This document shows positions 16,410 through 25,616 of a DNA stretch of 29,524 bases, piece after piece (position 1 is the stretch's first letter; each line of letters opens with the position of its first letter). A model generated the notes under the pieces. That model was not told where the DNA came from, searched no databases, and worked only from the letters and a program-made list of their open reading frames with translations. The position numbers were made by a program, and so were the translations under genes. The stretch covers positions 1 to 29,524 of the forward strand of contig CAYMGH010000003.1 in the NCBI GenBank assembly GCA_964389935.1, in the 5' to 3' direction. This DNA is from an uncultured Gammaproteobacteria bacterium (GTDB lineage: Bacteria > Patescibacteriota > Microgenomatia > Curtissbacterales > GWA2-41-24).

Positions 16410-17450
16410 TTAAGTGATTACTTTTAGCAAGGGTTTTACTAACAATTGTGGCTTGAGATATTTGTCGTAATGATTGAAACTTCCGCTTGCAATTCTGTCT
16501 CTCGAATATTGATTTTTAAGGAGTAGTTCTATTGCAAGAGATAATTTTTTAGGATTTTTGCCATTAACTAGCATTATGTTCTTGCTATTTGTAAAAAGTT
16601 CCCTGATTGCTTCTGTGTCTGCAGTGATAACAGGTTTATCGCAAGCAATTGAATCGTATACTTTGTTTGGTATGACAATATCAGCCTTAGAACTCCCACC
16701 AAAGATACCCAAGCAGATCTTTGCCTGACGAATTTCATCTGCTAATTTTTTAAGAGGTAACCAATTTATAAATTCCACGTTTTTAAGTCTTAGTTTTTTG
16801 GACAAGTCTTCAGTTGATTTTCTTTTTTGTCCATCCCCTACCATTTTAAACTTTACTCTTGGAAGAAGTCTTGCTGCTTTGATAATTATCTCTGTACCTT
16901 GCAAAGGCTGATAACTTCCGTAAAAAAATACATCGGTCTTGCTTTGAATTTTCCTAGGGTAAAAAATCTGATTGTCTGAACCGACATATATAACAATCAA
17001 CTTGCTTTTTCTTACTTTGTAAAGACGCCAGTAAAAATCCGCGTGAGCCTTAGTATCGGCAATGACATAATCGGCAAGTTTTATCCCGAGCCAATCCAAA
17101 AAATAAAAAAATTGTGCACGTAAAGAATATTTTTTAACCACTTCCCTATCGAGAACATAAGTTTCGTAAGTTGAGGTAAAAATATCATAAAAAACTTTTT
17201 TCTTGAAAATTTTACCTAATAAAAAAGCGAGAGGTACATCGTAATGGCCTGGGAATCCAACTATGATGGCGTGGCACTGATTTTTATGTTTGATAAAGTA
17301 TTTAAGAAGTTTTATATAACGAGAGAAAATTAAACCCGAAGCCTCGCACTGGTAGACTTTGACACCATTTGCTTTTAAACCTTTAACAATTATACGGTTT
17401 CTGGCGTAGTCTGGATCGTATGAACCAAAGTAGCAAACGCTTTTAAACAT
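16410..17450 (-). CDS. GT4 glycosyltransferase
   Basis: FYGSYQPLQG, MVGDGQ, LGIFG..KADIVIPNKVYDSIACDKPVITAD. Confidence 0.8.
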   Translation of the reverse strand: MFKSVCYFGSYDPDYARNRIIVKGLKANGVKVYQCEASGLIFSRYIKLLKYFIKHKNQCHAIIVGFPGHYDVPLAFLLGKIFKKKVFYDIFTSTYETYVLDREVVKKYSLRAQFFYFLDWLGIKLADYVIADTKAHADFYWRLYKVRKSKLIVIYVGSDNQIFYPRKIQSKTDVFFYGSYQPLQGTEIIIKAARLLPRVKFKMVGDGQKRKSTEDLSKKLRLKNVEFINWLPLKKLADEIRQAKICLGIFGGSSKADIVIPNKVYDSIACDKPVITADTEAIRELFTNSKNIMLVNGKNPKKLSLAIELLLKNQYSRDRIASGSFNHYDKYLKPQLLVKPLLKVIT

Positions 17451-18498
17451 TTTTTAAAACTGATATTTCCTTTTCGATAAGCTTATTTTGATCGAATTTT
17501 CTTTTTATTCTCGAAACTGCATTGCGTGACATTTTTCTATAGAGTTTCTCGTCGGATAGCAACAGTTGTACCTTGCTGGCAAAGTCTTTTTGGTCAAAAT
17601 TTGTGATAAACCCTTCTTGCCCGTTATTAATCACTTCTTTGGCAGTCGGAAAATTAGTCACTACTGGAACCAAACCTGCCGCCATTGCCTCTAGCAGAAC
17701 TTTTGGACTTCCTTCGTGGAATGAGCAGAGTAGAAAAATTGAGAATTGAGCAAGGATTTGAGGCAGTTTGTTGTTGGCGACGGGTGGAATAATATGAAGC
17801 CTTATTTTCTTCTTGTTGGCTAATGAAACATACTCTTTGACAAGAGATCCTTGACCAATAAAAGTTATTTCCCTATATTGTTTGGGCAAAAAACTTAAGG
17901 ACGTAATTAAGAATGGCAAATTTTTCTGTTTTTCGAAGCGTCCTACAAATACTAAACCTTTTTGTAAATGAGTAGTTGGTTTAAATAATTTCGTATCCAC
18001 CCCGTTTGGTAAATAAACAAATTTTTTCCCGTTCAGCCGATTAAACTTAGATTTAGTCGCTATAAAAACTTTTTTAGCTTTTAAAAAAGCTAGTGCTTCA
18101 AGAATGAAGTATAGAGGTGCGTAGAAAATCTTCTCTTGTAATTTTACGAAACTGACGTAGTCATATGCCCAATTAAAAACGAATGGTTTAGCAAGAAAAA
18201 AGGCAGAAAGACTGCTTACTAACCCGAAGCCCCGAATTACATCACACTCTTTAATTTTTTTGCCATGGATTATTGGCAGACATAAAGCGTAGATGAGTCG
18301 ATGGAAACCAGTGGTGTTGGGGACCAAAACAATATTTACTGGTAATTTAACTTTTTCGTTAGCATAAGAAAAAACATAAATCTTTTTAAAATTTGGTGCG
18401 TATATTTTTAAATAAGTTTCAATAAACCTGACATCCTGGCCGCTTTGCTTCATTTGGGTAAAGCTTTCGCCAGGAGATAGAAAAATTCCTAGATTCAT
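17443..18498 (-). CDS. GT4 glycosyltransferase
   Basis: LPNGVD, FVGRFEKQKN, SFHEGSPKVLLEAMAAG (E-x7-E). Confidence 0.85.
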   Translation of the reverse strand: MNLGIFLSPGESFTQMKQSGQDVRFIETYLKIYAPNFKKIYVFSYANEKVKLPVNIVLVPNTTGFHRLIYALCLPIIHGKKIKECDVIRGFGLVSSLSAFFLAKPFVFNWAYDYVSFVKLQEKIFYAPLYFILEALAFLKAKKVFIATKSKFNRLNGKKFVYLPNGVDTKLFKPTTHLQKGLVFVGRFEKQKNLPFLITSLSFLPKQYREITFIGQGSLVKEYVSLANKKKIRLHIIPPVANNKLPQILAQFSIFLLCSFHEGSPKVLLEAMAAGLVPVVTNFPTAKEVINNGQEGFITNFDQKDFASKVQLLLSDEKLYRKMSRNAVSRIKRKFDQNKLIEKEISVLKNV

Positions 18499-19748
18499 TT
18501 CAGTAACTGAACATATAACTTAAGATACATTTTAAGAGGAATTATCTCAAATTTATTCTTTAGCCTTGTGTATTCCCTTTTAATGTTGTCTTTATATTTT
18601 TTCTCGTTGTCTAAAATATCGATAATCGCTCCGGCAAGATTTTCTGCGGTCGGATTAATTACTCTACCGGTTATTCGATCATCAATGATCTCAGGCAGAC
18701 CACCAAAATCAGAAACAACAACCGGGATACCAACTGCTAAAGCTTCCAGTGCAACTCTACCAAAGGCTTCGGGATAAATTGAGGGCATAACAACCAGCGA
18801 AGAATCTTTATAAAAATCCATTAAATCATTATGGTCTATGCCGCCAAGAAACTTTGAATTTTCCCTAAAATCTTTGTTTTTTTGAGCCCGCTCAATTAAA
18901 TTTTTTGAATCTACGGAACCTGCGAAGATAAAGGTAACTTTTCTTTTTTTAAGAATTTTGATGGCAGCTTCAATTAGTAGCTCAATACCTTTACCTTTTG
19001 AAAGTTTACCAGCAAAGATTACGGTTTTCTTTTTTGATGGTAAAACCTTGGGACTAGTAAAATTAGCCGTATTGTAAATAACGTGAACATCTTTAAAGCC
19101 ATTTGCCTCAAGGTATTTCTTTTGAGAATTACTTATCGCGGTTATTTTGTTTGCCCTTTTAGCAAAAAACTTGATGATATTGCCGGTAATTCTTGACCAG
19201 ACAGCACCGGCAAAAGAGTAAAATAACACAAACGGGTTTTTGCTTGTGTAATTATTGTAAAACCATAAAAAATCTGAAGTTAAATATTCCCAAAAACTAC
19301 AAGCTTTGAGCCTGTTTGGATTAAAGAAACATTTACCGATTGAACAAAGTATCTGTTTGTCTCGGCTTGTAATGATCGTAGGTTTTCTAGTTAAGAAGCC
19401 TACGATGATAGATGCAGGTATTAGAAATTTGCCATGGATATGAATTATGTCCGGATTCTCCTTTTTAACAATCCTGTAAAGATGATAGGTAGAACTCAAA
19501 AAGAAGATTGGATTATTTTGCCAAATCGGATTTACAACGCTTCTTGAACTTTTCAATTTTTTGAAAAATGGAATTCTAACCACTTTAACCTTGTGATAAT
19601 GTTCTTCAGTTTTTGCTCCGTAGTTAATGGTCACTATAACTACTTCAATGTTGTTTTTTTTAAGAGCTTTTGCCAATTCATAAACGCTCCATTCACTGCC
19701 ACCTGGTGTAAAAGGATAAAAATAGTCTGAAACTAAAAAGATTTTCAT
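18495..19748 (-). CDS. GT4 glycosyltransferase
   Basis: YFYPFTPGGSE, FAGKLSKGKG, PSIYPEAFGRVALEALAVG. Confidence 0.85.
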   Translation of the reverse strand: MKIFLVSDYFYPFTPGGSEWSVYELAKALKKNNIEVVIVTINYGAKTEEHYHKVKVVRIPFFKKLKSSRSVVNPIWQNNPIFFLSSTYHLYRIVKKENPDIIHIHGKFLIPASIIVGFLTRKPTIITSRDKQILCSIGKCFFNPNRLKACSFWEYLTSDFLWFYNNYTSKNPFVLFYSFAGAVWSRITGNIIKFFAKRANKITAISNSQKKYLEANGFKDVHVIYNTANFTSPKVLPSKKKTVIFAGKLSKGKGIELLIEAAIKILKKRKVTFIFAGSVDSKNLIERAQKNKDFRENSKFLGGIDHNDLMDFYKDSSLVVMPSIYPEAFGRVALEALAVGIPVVVSDFGGLPEIIDDRITGRVINPTAENLAGAIIDILDNEKKYKDNIKREYTRLKNKFEIIPLKMYLKLYVQLLK

Positions 19749-20506
19749 TTAGAGGCTTCTACCTGAAAGCCGCTGCAATTTTCGGGATGTAATTTTTGCA
19801 TTTTTTCCTTCCAGATTGCTAATTTTTTGTACAGTGAAAGAGAAATACCTCCTACTAGATCTATAAATCCAACAAATGGTGTGTCGTAAGAAACTGAAGT
19901 AATATTCTGAACTTCAAATCCTGCTTTTTCTAATTCTTGCCTTATTGTTTTTTTTGTATATTCAATTTTATGATCCGGGTCAGAATACGAGAATATGTTG
20001 TATTTTCTTTGGAGTTTTTTCCAATTTGTATCGATGTTGGGAATTACAACAATAATTTTACCTTTTTTTTTAATAACTCTTCTTACTTCTTTTAAAAGTT
20101 TTTGTCTGTTTACAATATGCTCAAGCACGTCAAAAAGAATAGCCAAATCAAAAACGTGGGTTGGGAAATCAATTTTTTTCTCCAAATTTCCTTTTTTAAA
20201 TTCGACGTTCTTTATTTTTCCCTGTAAGGCGCTTTCATTTGCTATCTTCAAATTTTTTAAATCTTTATCTATACCTATTATTTTCTTAACAAATGGTGCT
20301 ATTTTTAGGGCATGTTGACCTGAACCACATCCAAGATCTAAAACTAGCATATTTTTATTCAAAAATTTTCTATAAAACAATTTTTCTTTACTTATGAGGT
20401 GCTTCGGATGAATCGGAATTTTAGACTTCCCGGTTAACTGAACTAACCTTATTGATAGAGCCGACAGATACTCTGATTTTTTAAGTAATAGTATTAGAAA
20501 TTTCAT
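19745..20506 (-). CDS. Class I SAM-dependent methyltransferase
   Basis: VLDLGCGSG, IGID, FDVLEHI, VRRVIKKKG..VVIPN, DPDHKIEY. Confidence 0.85.
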   Translation of the reverse strand: MKFLILLLKKSEYLSALSIRLVQLTGKSKIPIHPKHLISKEKLFYRKFLNKNMLVLDLGCGSGQHALKIAPFVKKIIGIDKDLKNLKIANESALQGKIKNVEFKKGNLEKKIDFPTHVFDLAILFDVLEHIVNRQKLLKEVRRVIKKKGKIIVVIPNIDTNWKKLQRKYNIFSYSDPDHKIEYTKKTIRQELEKAGFEVQNITSVSYDTPFVGFIDLVGGISLSLYKKLAIWKEKMQKLHPENCSGFQVEASK

Positions 20507-21612
20507 TTGTTCATATCTTTAACTACCTCAGTGTTTAAATCGTACGTCTTTTCCCAAGAAAATTTATCCTCTACTGTCTTTTTAGCCTCCTTACCAATAG
20601 ATCTTGATAGATTTGGATTTTTTATCAACATCATGATTGTTTTAACCCAAATATTAATATTCGAAAGTGTTAAAGCATACCCATTCTTACCGCTAGTTAT
20701 TATTTCTTTAAAAACAGCTATATCGGAAGTTATAACAGGTTTTGCAAAAGACATAGCTTCGGTAACCACTAAACCAAAGCCTTCCTCAAAAGAAGGAAAC
20801 ACAAAAATATTCATTCTGGAAAGCCAAAATGCTTTGTCTTGACCGTATGCTTCTGTAATAAAAATAGAGTTTTTTAGCAGACCTCTAGTTTTTAACTCTC
20901 TTTTCATTTCATTCGCCAAAGGCCCCGGCCCTATTACAACTAACTTCAAATTTTTGATTTCATCTTTACATCTTGAAAAAACTTCAATGAGAAATAAAGG
21001 ATTCTTTCTTTTCACTAAAACCCCCATGAATAGGATAACCGGGTCCTGTGCAGACAAATACTTGGATTCCTTAGGTGCTCGATCCCATTTGGTTTGCGAA
21101 TCTAGCGATCCCCCGTATGTGACAACTATTTTTTTTGAAGAAATCCCAAATCTTTTAAGAAGTCTTCCCTTCATGTAATTGCTCTGAACAATGATTCTAC
21201 TCGATATTTTGAATAACTCTTTTTCGATAGGAAAAAATAGACGCGAATCATCAACAGTTACTGCACTTACAAGAATAGGCACGTCGGGATAAAAAAAATG
21301 GAATATCAACCCAGCAATTCCCAGAAAACGAGGCGAGTGAATTCTTAAGATATCGAACTTTTCCTTTTTATAAATCCCAAAAAGATATGGAAGACAAATA
21401 AAACTATACAACCAGGGAGGAACAACATGCTTTAGAAAAGAATATGTTACATAAAAGTTTTTTAAATTTTTGTCGTAATTTCTATTCTTAGGTAGATAGA
21501 TAAAAACTTTTATACCTCTTTTGGCAAAACCTTTTAGAGTTTGATGGTCATAGATTTCCCCTCCCAGTTTGGAAGTTGGTGAAATTCCAAGTTGCGGTGA
21601 ACAAATTTTCAT
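20503..21612 (-). CDS. GT4 glycosyltransferase (likely start MKICSPQ at 21612)
   Basis: GGEIYD, FMGVLVKRKN, PSFEEGFGLVVTEAMS. The ATG at 21612 forms an ATGA overlap with the upstream stop, so it is preferred to the track start at 21648. Confidence 0.85.
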   Translation of the reverse strand: MKICSPQLGISPTSKLGGEIYDHQTLKGFAKRGIKVFIYLPKNRNYDKNLKNFYVTYSFLKHVVPPWLYSFICLPYLFGIYKKEKFDILRIHSPRFLGIAGLIFHFFYPDVPILVSAVTVDDSRLFFPIEKELFKISSRIIVQSNYMKGRLLKRFGISSKKIVVTYGGSLDSQTKWDRAPKESKYLSAQDPVILFMGVLVKRKNPLFLIEVFSRCKDEIKNLKLVVIGPGPLANEMKRELKTRGLLKNSIFITEAYGQDKAFWLSRMNIFVFPSFEEGFGLVVTEAMSFAKPVITSDIAVFKEIITSGKNGYALTLSNINIWVKTIMMLIKNPNLSRSIGKEAKKTVEDKFSWEKTYDLNTEVVKDMNK

Positions 21613-23147
21613 ATTGATTTTACTCTGTAGATTCCGTAAGCTCCGCAATCTAGTTCAAATATCAAGTTTAAATTTAAAGACGAAAGATAATTTTCCATTT
21701 CGGATTCAGTGATAGCTCCCTGCGTCCAATAATTGCTTGGGTATTTTACGTTTAAATCAGCCTTGCGTCTAGTAATATTATTTGCTAAAAATTCCTCCAA
21801 AGAGGATAGCTTCAGTTCGTTACTTGTTAATTTCCCCTCATGTTTTACCAAATAAGGAAACTGGGGGGAATATTTTTTAAGATTATCGCTTGAGAGAAAA
21901 TAGAAGTCTTTACTGTACGTGTATGTCGCGAAGGCAAACATTGCTTCCAAAGATTGAAAAAGAACAAGCTGATTTCCCAATTTATAGGCACAATTTCTGT
22001 TCCAACTATAGTTTTTAGTTATGTTTACCGTTCTGGTGGCTAACAAATTAAATGTTGTTGTTATGAGGGTAAAAAACAAAACCGGAATCAAAATTAAATA
22101 TTTCAATTTCAATCTAGCCAAAAATTCATAGATATAAAAAGTTGCACACCCAATCACAAGAAAGGTCACAGGCCATAAAAGGGCAAGTGTTCTTGCGCCG
22201 TAGGGAATGTACGATGAAATTAAAACCAAAATAAGACATGAAAGGTAAATTGATATCAATTTTAAGTTTTTGTTTGCAAAAACGATTACCAGAGTTATCA
22301 GCGAAGATAAGAGGATAAAGGGATGTGCAGAAAAAATCGCAAAGTACTCTTTCCAGATTATGCCAAACGCATCAGGGGCTAGTTGTCCTGAAAAAAACTT
22401 TATAATCAAACCGAAATTGGATTGGAAAGATTGGGGAGTTTGTCCTACTGGGAACAATTTACTCATCAGAAAATATGCCGTAAAGGAAAAACCCAAAGAA
22501 ATGAACAAGTAGAAGGCTTTTGTGATATTTTGTTTTTCTATTTTCCAATTTAAAGCAGAAAAAATTATAAAATAAAACCCGAATACCGCAGAAAGAAATA
22601 AGCTTGTAGGGTGCGCGAATATAAAAAGGAGACTTGGGAAAAATATTTGTGTAAATGTTACTTTTTTTTCGCTTTGGATAAAACCTAAAATTATAAAAAA
22701 CAAAAGTACTTGGAATAAACTAGGTACAACCCAATAAAAACCATGATATGCCCCTGATCCATGGTAAAAAGCCAAAAAAAACAAGGACAGTGCAGCTAAA
22801 CTTTTATTCGTTTCTATTCTTTTTAAAAAAAACACCAGGGAAAATGGAATTAACAAAGAGCCGATAAAAAAGTTTGCTTTAAGCGCGGCCTCCGGGTCTC
22901 CGGTTAATTGTGTTAGGAATTTCAGGAAGCCGGAAAAGTAAAAAAGCCTAAAATCTTCAAAAGAGCTTATCTGAGGAAACCTGTTTGCTGCTGATAGATA
23001 GTAATAGGAATCATCAGGTTCCGGAGGCACGTTTCTACCGTTAAAAAGCATCCATACAAAAAAGAATTTGTAAAAAACGAAAAAAATAACGGCGGATAGT
23101 ATTAATTTATTTTCCTTTAGGGTTTTTATTATTTTTTTAAAGGCCAT
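21609..23147 (-). CDS. Multi-pass membrane protein, putative GT-C glycosyltransferase/ligase
   Basis: 512 aa, 10 or more hydrophobic segments, PPEPDDSYYYL after the first TM, soluble C-terminal region. Confidence 0.5.
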   Translation of the reverse strand: MAFKKIIKTLKENKLILSAVIFFVFYKFFFVWMLFNGRNVPPEPDDSYYYLSAANRFPQISSFEDFRLFYFSGFLKFLTQLTGDPEAALKANFFIGSLLIPFSLVFFLKRIETNKSLAALSLFFLAFYHGSGAYHGFYWVVPSLFQVLLFFIILGFIQSEKKVTFTQIFFPSLLFIFAHPTSLFLSAVFGFYFIIFSALNWKIEKQNITKAFYLFISLGFSFTAYFLMSKLFPVGQTPQSFQSNFGLIIKFFSGQLAPDAFGIIWKEYFAIFSAHPFILLSSLITLVIVFANKNLKLISIYLSCLILVLISSYIPYGARTLALLWPVTFLVIGCATFYIYEFLARLKLKYLILIPVLFFTLITTTFNLLATRTVNITKNYSWNRNCAYKLGNQLVLFQSLEAMFAFATYTYSKDFYFLSSDNLKKYSPQFPYLVKHEGKLTSNELKLSSLEEFLANNITRRKADLNVKYPSNYWTQGAITESEMENYLSSLNLNLIFELDCGAYGIYRVKSI

Positions 23148-23179
23148 CTCTGTGATTATTTACAAGTTGAGTAGAACAA

Positions 23180-23185
23180 ATTATA
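23180..23185 (-). promoter_or_regulatory. Possible internal -10 box upstream of the 23147 membrane-protein gene
   Basis: TATAAT on the minus strand within a 47-bp gap, the largest co-directional gap in the window. Confidence 0.3.
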
Positions 23186-23194
23186 AATGTCATT

Positions 23195-24004
23195 TCATGC
23201 AAACTTGAACATTTTATTTAGAAAAATTTTTAGACGAGCTGGGAATAGATAAGTTGAGATATAACTTCTTAAAAGAATCGGGAGATAACCAATCCCCAGC
23301 TTTTGCTCTTTAAAGATTTTTTTGCGCAGTTTAAGACTATTTTCGTAAATTTTCTCAATTGCCCTTTGTGATCTTCGTTCCTTCTGACTTCTGAAAAGCA
23401 GCAAGTGTTCGGGAATGTTTGCCATTTTATAATCTTTAGCCCTTATTAAGAATTCAAAATCTTCAACATAATCCCATGTTTCGTCGTACCCTTTTAATTT
23501 TCTAAAAACCTCTTTTTTTGCAAACCATGTTGGGTGAAGAAGAGGTATCAACCAAAAAAGCTCTTTTTTAATTTCTTGATCTGTCGTGGGTTTTTTTATT
23601 TTCCCAATATTTTTACCGCCCTCATCGATCACTTCAACAAATGAACCGCAAATATCAACCTGGGGATTCTTTTTCATAAAATCCATCTGCGTTGCAAGTC
23701 TTTCTGGTTTTGAAACATCATCCGCATCCATACGGGCAATGAAGTCGCCCTGAGCTCTTTGGAGGGCTTTGTTGAGTGATGCTGCAAGACCAAGGTTTTT
23801 CTTATTTTTAATCAGTTTTATCCTTTCGTCGCGAAGAGATTTTAAATATTCCCAAGAAACATCAGTTGAAGCATCATCTACGATAATAAATTCAAAGTTT
23901 TTATAGGTCTGCTTTAGGATACTTTCGGCTGCCTCTTTTAAAAATGGCATTCCGTTGTAAACGGACATGATGACACTAATTTTGGGATTCGATTCTGCTT
24001 TCAC
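23195..24004 (-). CDS. GT2 glycosyltransferase (soluble GT-A)
   Basis: ISVIMSVYNG, IIVDDASTD, NLGLAASLN, ARMDADD, HPTW, VEDFEF; GTG start. Confidence 0.9.
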   Translation of the reverse strand: MKAESNPKISVIMSVYNGMPFLKEAAESILKQTYKNFEFIIVDDASTDVSWEYLKSLRDERIKLIKNKKNLGLAASLNKALQRAQGDFIARMDADDVSKPERLATQMDFMKKNPQVDICGSFVEVIDEGGKNIGKIKKPTTDQEIKKELFWLIPLLHPTWFAKKEVFRKLKGYDETWDYVEDFEFLIRAKDYKMANIPEHLLLFRSQKERRSQRAIEKIYENSLKLRKKIFKEQKLGIGYLPILLRSYISTYLFPARLKIFLNKMFKFA

Positions 24005-24011
24005 AGAGCTA

Positions 24012-24017
24012 ATTATA
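24012..24017 (-). promoter_or_regulatory. -10 box (TATAAT) for the GT2 gene, probably leaderless
   Basis: Perfect hexamer ending 7 nt before the GTG at 24004. Confidence 0.5.
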
Positions 24018-24028
24018 TCTGGATTCGT

Positions 24029-24046
24029 AAAAGTTACATAACTTTT
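24029..24046. repeat. Perfect 8-bp inverted repeat AAAAGTTA-CA-TAACTTTT, candidate operator
   Basis: Seen directly, between the two divergent -10 boxes. Confidence 0.5.
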
Positions 24047-24061
24047 GTGTGCTTACTGCTT

Positions 24062-24070
24062 TGTTATAAT
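24062..24070 (+). promoter_or_regulatory. Extended -10 promoter (TGTTATAAT) for the two plus-strand GT-C genes
   Basis: Perfect TGn-TATAAT ending 25 nt upstream of the ATG at 24096. Confidence 0.6.
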
Positions 24071-24095
24071 AACTTCTTAATATCCTTCATTTTTG

Positions 24096-25613
24096 ATGAG
24101 TAATAAAAATTCACCGAAAACTTCTTCAAAATATTTTTATCTCCTTCTTGCTTTCCTCCTCGGGCTCGTTCCCTCAATTTCTTTTATTCACATGTTTGCA
24201 AAAGATTTTGTCGGTTATTACCTTTTGTCCGAAAGTTTTAGTCTTTACCATTCGTATGCATTTGTGAATGTGGTAGGTTACGGCACGACAGAAGCAGGAC
24301 TGCAGGCACGTGCACCAGTTTTACCACTCCTTCTGGTATTAAGTAAATTTGTATTTGGTAGTACCTTGCTGGGTGTATATTTACCCATTTTGGTTTCCAG
24401 ATTACTCGTAACCCCACTTGCCTTTCTCGTTTCCAGTTTCCTTCTACCTCTTCCTATTGCCTTCCTAGCTTCATCGATGACTATTTTTTTTCCAAAACTG
24501 CAAACATTTTCGCTCTCTGCCTTGGAGGCAGATAGTTTCGTACTTGTTTTTTATTTATCAGCACTTTTGTTTTATTTGCTGTTTAATAAAACAAGTAAAA
24601 ACTATAATTTGTTTTTAAGCGGCCTGTCTTTAAGTTTATTAAGCCTACTTAAAGAAACCGGTTTCCCAATTTCTGTTGGGTTCATTTTCGCCATTTTACT
24701 TGACAGAATATTTAAATTAGGTAGTGATCATGGGGTCAGCCTCAAGAGCTTTTTGTTATTTCTAGCACCCTTTGTACTGTTGGTCTTTCCGTTCTTTATT
24801 TATACACTTCTTAAAGACGGCAGTTTATATTTTAGCGCTGTTACAATCGATAGAAATATTAAGTATCTGCCTGACAATCTGCCGGTACTTTTTCAATCTA
24901 TACCTTATTATTTCTTGGGGATAGATGGTGTCAATTTGTTTAATCATACAGCTAAAAGTTTTTCTATCAATTTACTGATTCTAATTTTATTTTTAAGAGG
25001 CTTTTGGTATTTTTTTGCGAAAAGAAGCTTTACATTAATATTCCCTATCTTATTTACTTTTTTAGCATTAGGAATTTTAAACACATTATCAATTGGAGGG
25101 GACTCTCCGTGGAATTTTGAGCTAATTACAATTCTTGCCTTTGTTATGCCAATTGCTGCAATTTTTATTTTTAAAGGCTTGTTAATAATTATAGACATTG
25201 TTGTCTCTCGAGTGAATATTTTAATCAAATACAAAAGTTTGATATATCTTGCCTTGTCTATGGTACTGATGATTAAGTTTATTAATAATTTTTTTTCTAA
25301 GCCGTATACTTTAGACTATGCAGGTGACTACTACGTAAATATGAAAACTGTTATTTCTAATTCCAAAATATTCCCCAAATTTTCTTTTGAAAATGACCCT
25401 GACGGAAATATAATTGTCGAAGATTTGTCTCCACTTATCAATCACATGAGAAATGAGTATCGATCTGAAAAAGTAGATGTTTTCACTCTAAGGTTCAAAC
25501 TTCTAACTAGCGGCGTTGTCTCTCTGGGACTTATTTATGCCTTACTGGAAAATTTAAATTCCGAAAAATACTTGTCATTGCTTAAAAAAAGCCTTCGGCG
25601 TTCTTTAAAATAA
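24096..25613 (+). CDS. Multi-pass membrane protein, putative GT-C glycosyltransferase
   Basis: About 505 aa (ATG at 24096, in-frame TTG at 24093); KDFVGYY after the first TM, RAPVLPLLL, LEADS, LLKETG; about 12 hydrophobic segments. Confidence 0.55.
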   Translation: MSNKNSPKTSSKYFYLLLAFLLGLVPSISFIHMFAKDFVGYYLLSESFSLYHSYAFVNVVGYGTTEAGLQARAPVLPLLLVLSKFVFGSTLLGVYLPILVSRLLVTPLAFLVSSFLLPLPIAFLASSMTIFFPKLQTFSLSALEADSFVLVFYLSALLFYLLFNKTSKNYNLFLSGLSLSLLSLLKETGFPISVGFIFAILLDRIFKLGSDHGVSLKSFLLFLAPFVLLVFPFFIYTLLKDGSLYFSAVTIDRNIKYLPDNLPVLFQSIPYYFLGIDGVNLFNHTAKSFSINLLILILFLRGFWYFFAKRSFTLIFPILFTFLALGILNTLSIGGDSPWNFELITILAFVMPIAAIFIFKGLLIIIDIVVSRVNILIKYKSLIYLALSMVLMIKFINNFFSKPYTLDYAGDYYVNMKTVISNSKIFPKFSFENDPDGNIIVEDLSPLINHMRNEYRSEKVDVFTLRFKLLTSGVVSLGLIYALLENLNSEKYLSLLKKSLRRSLK

Positions 25614-25616
25614 TTC

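Noticed and set aside
21613-21648. 12-codon N-terminal extension of the GT4 in the ORF track
   Set aside because: It lies inside the upstream gene; the ATG at 21612 gives a canonical ATGA coupling.
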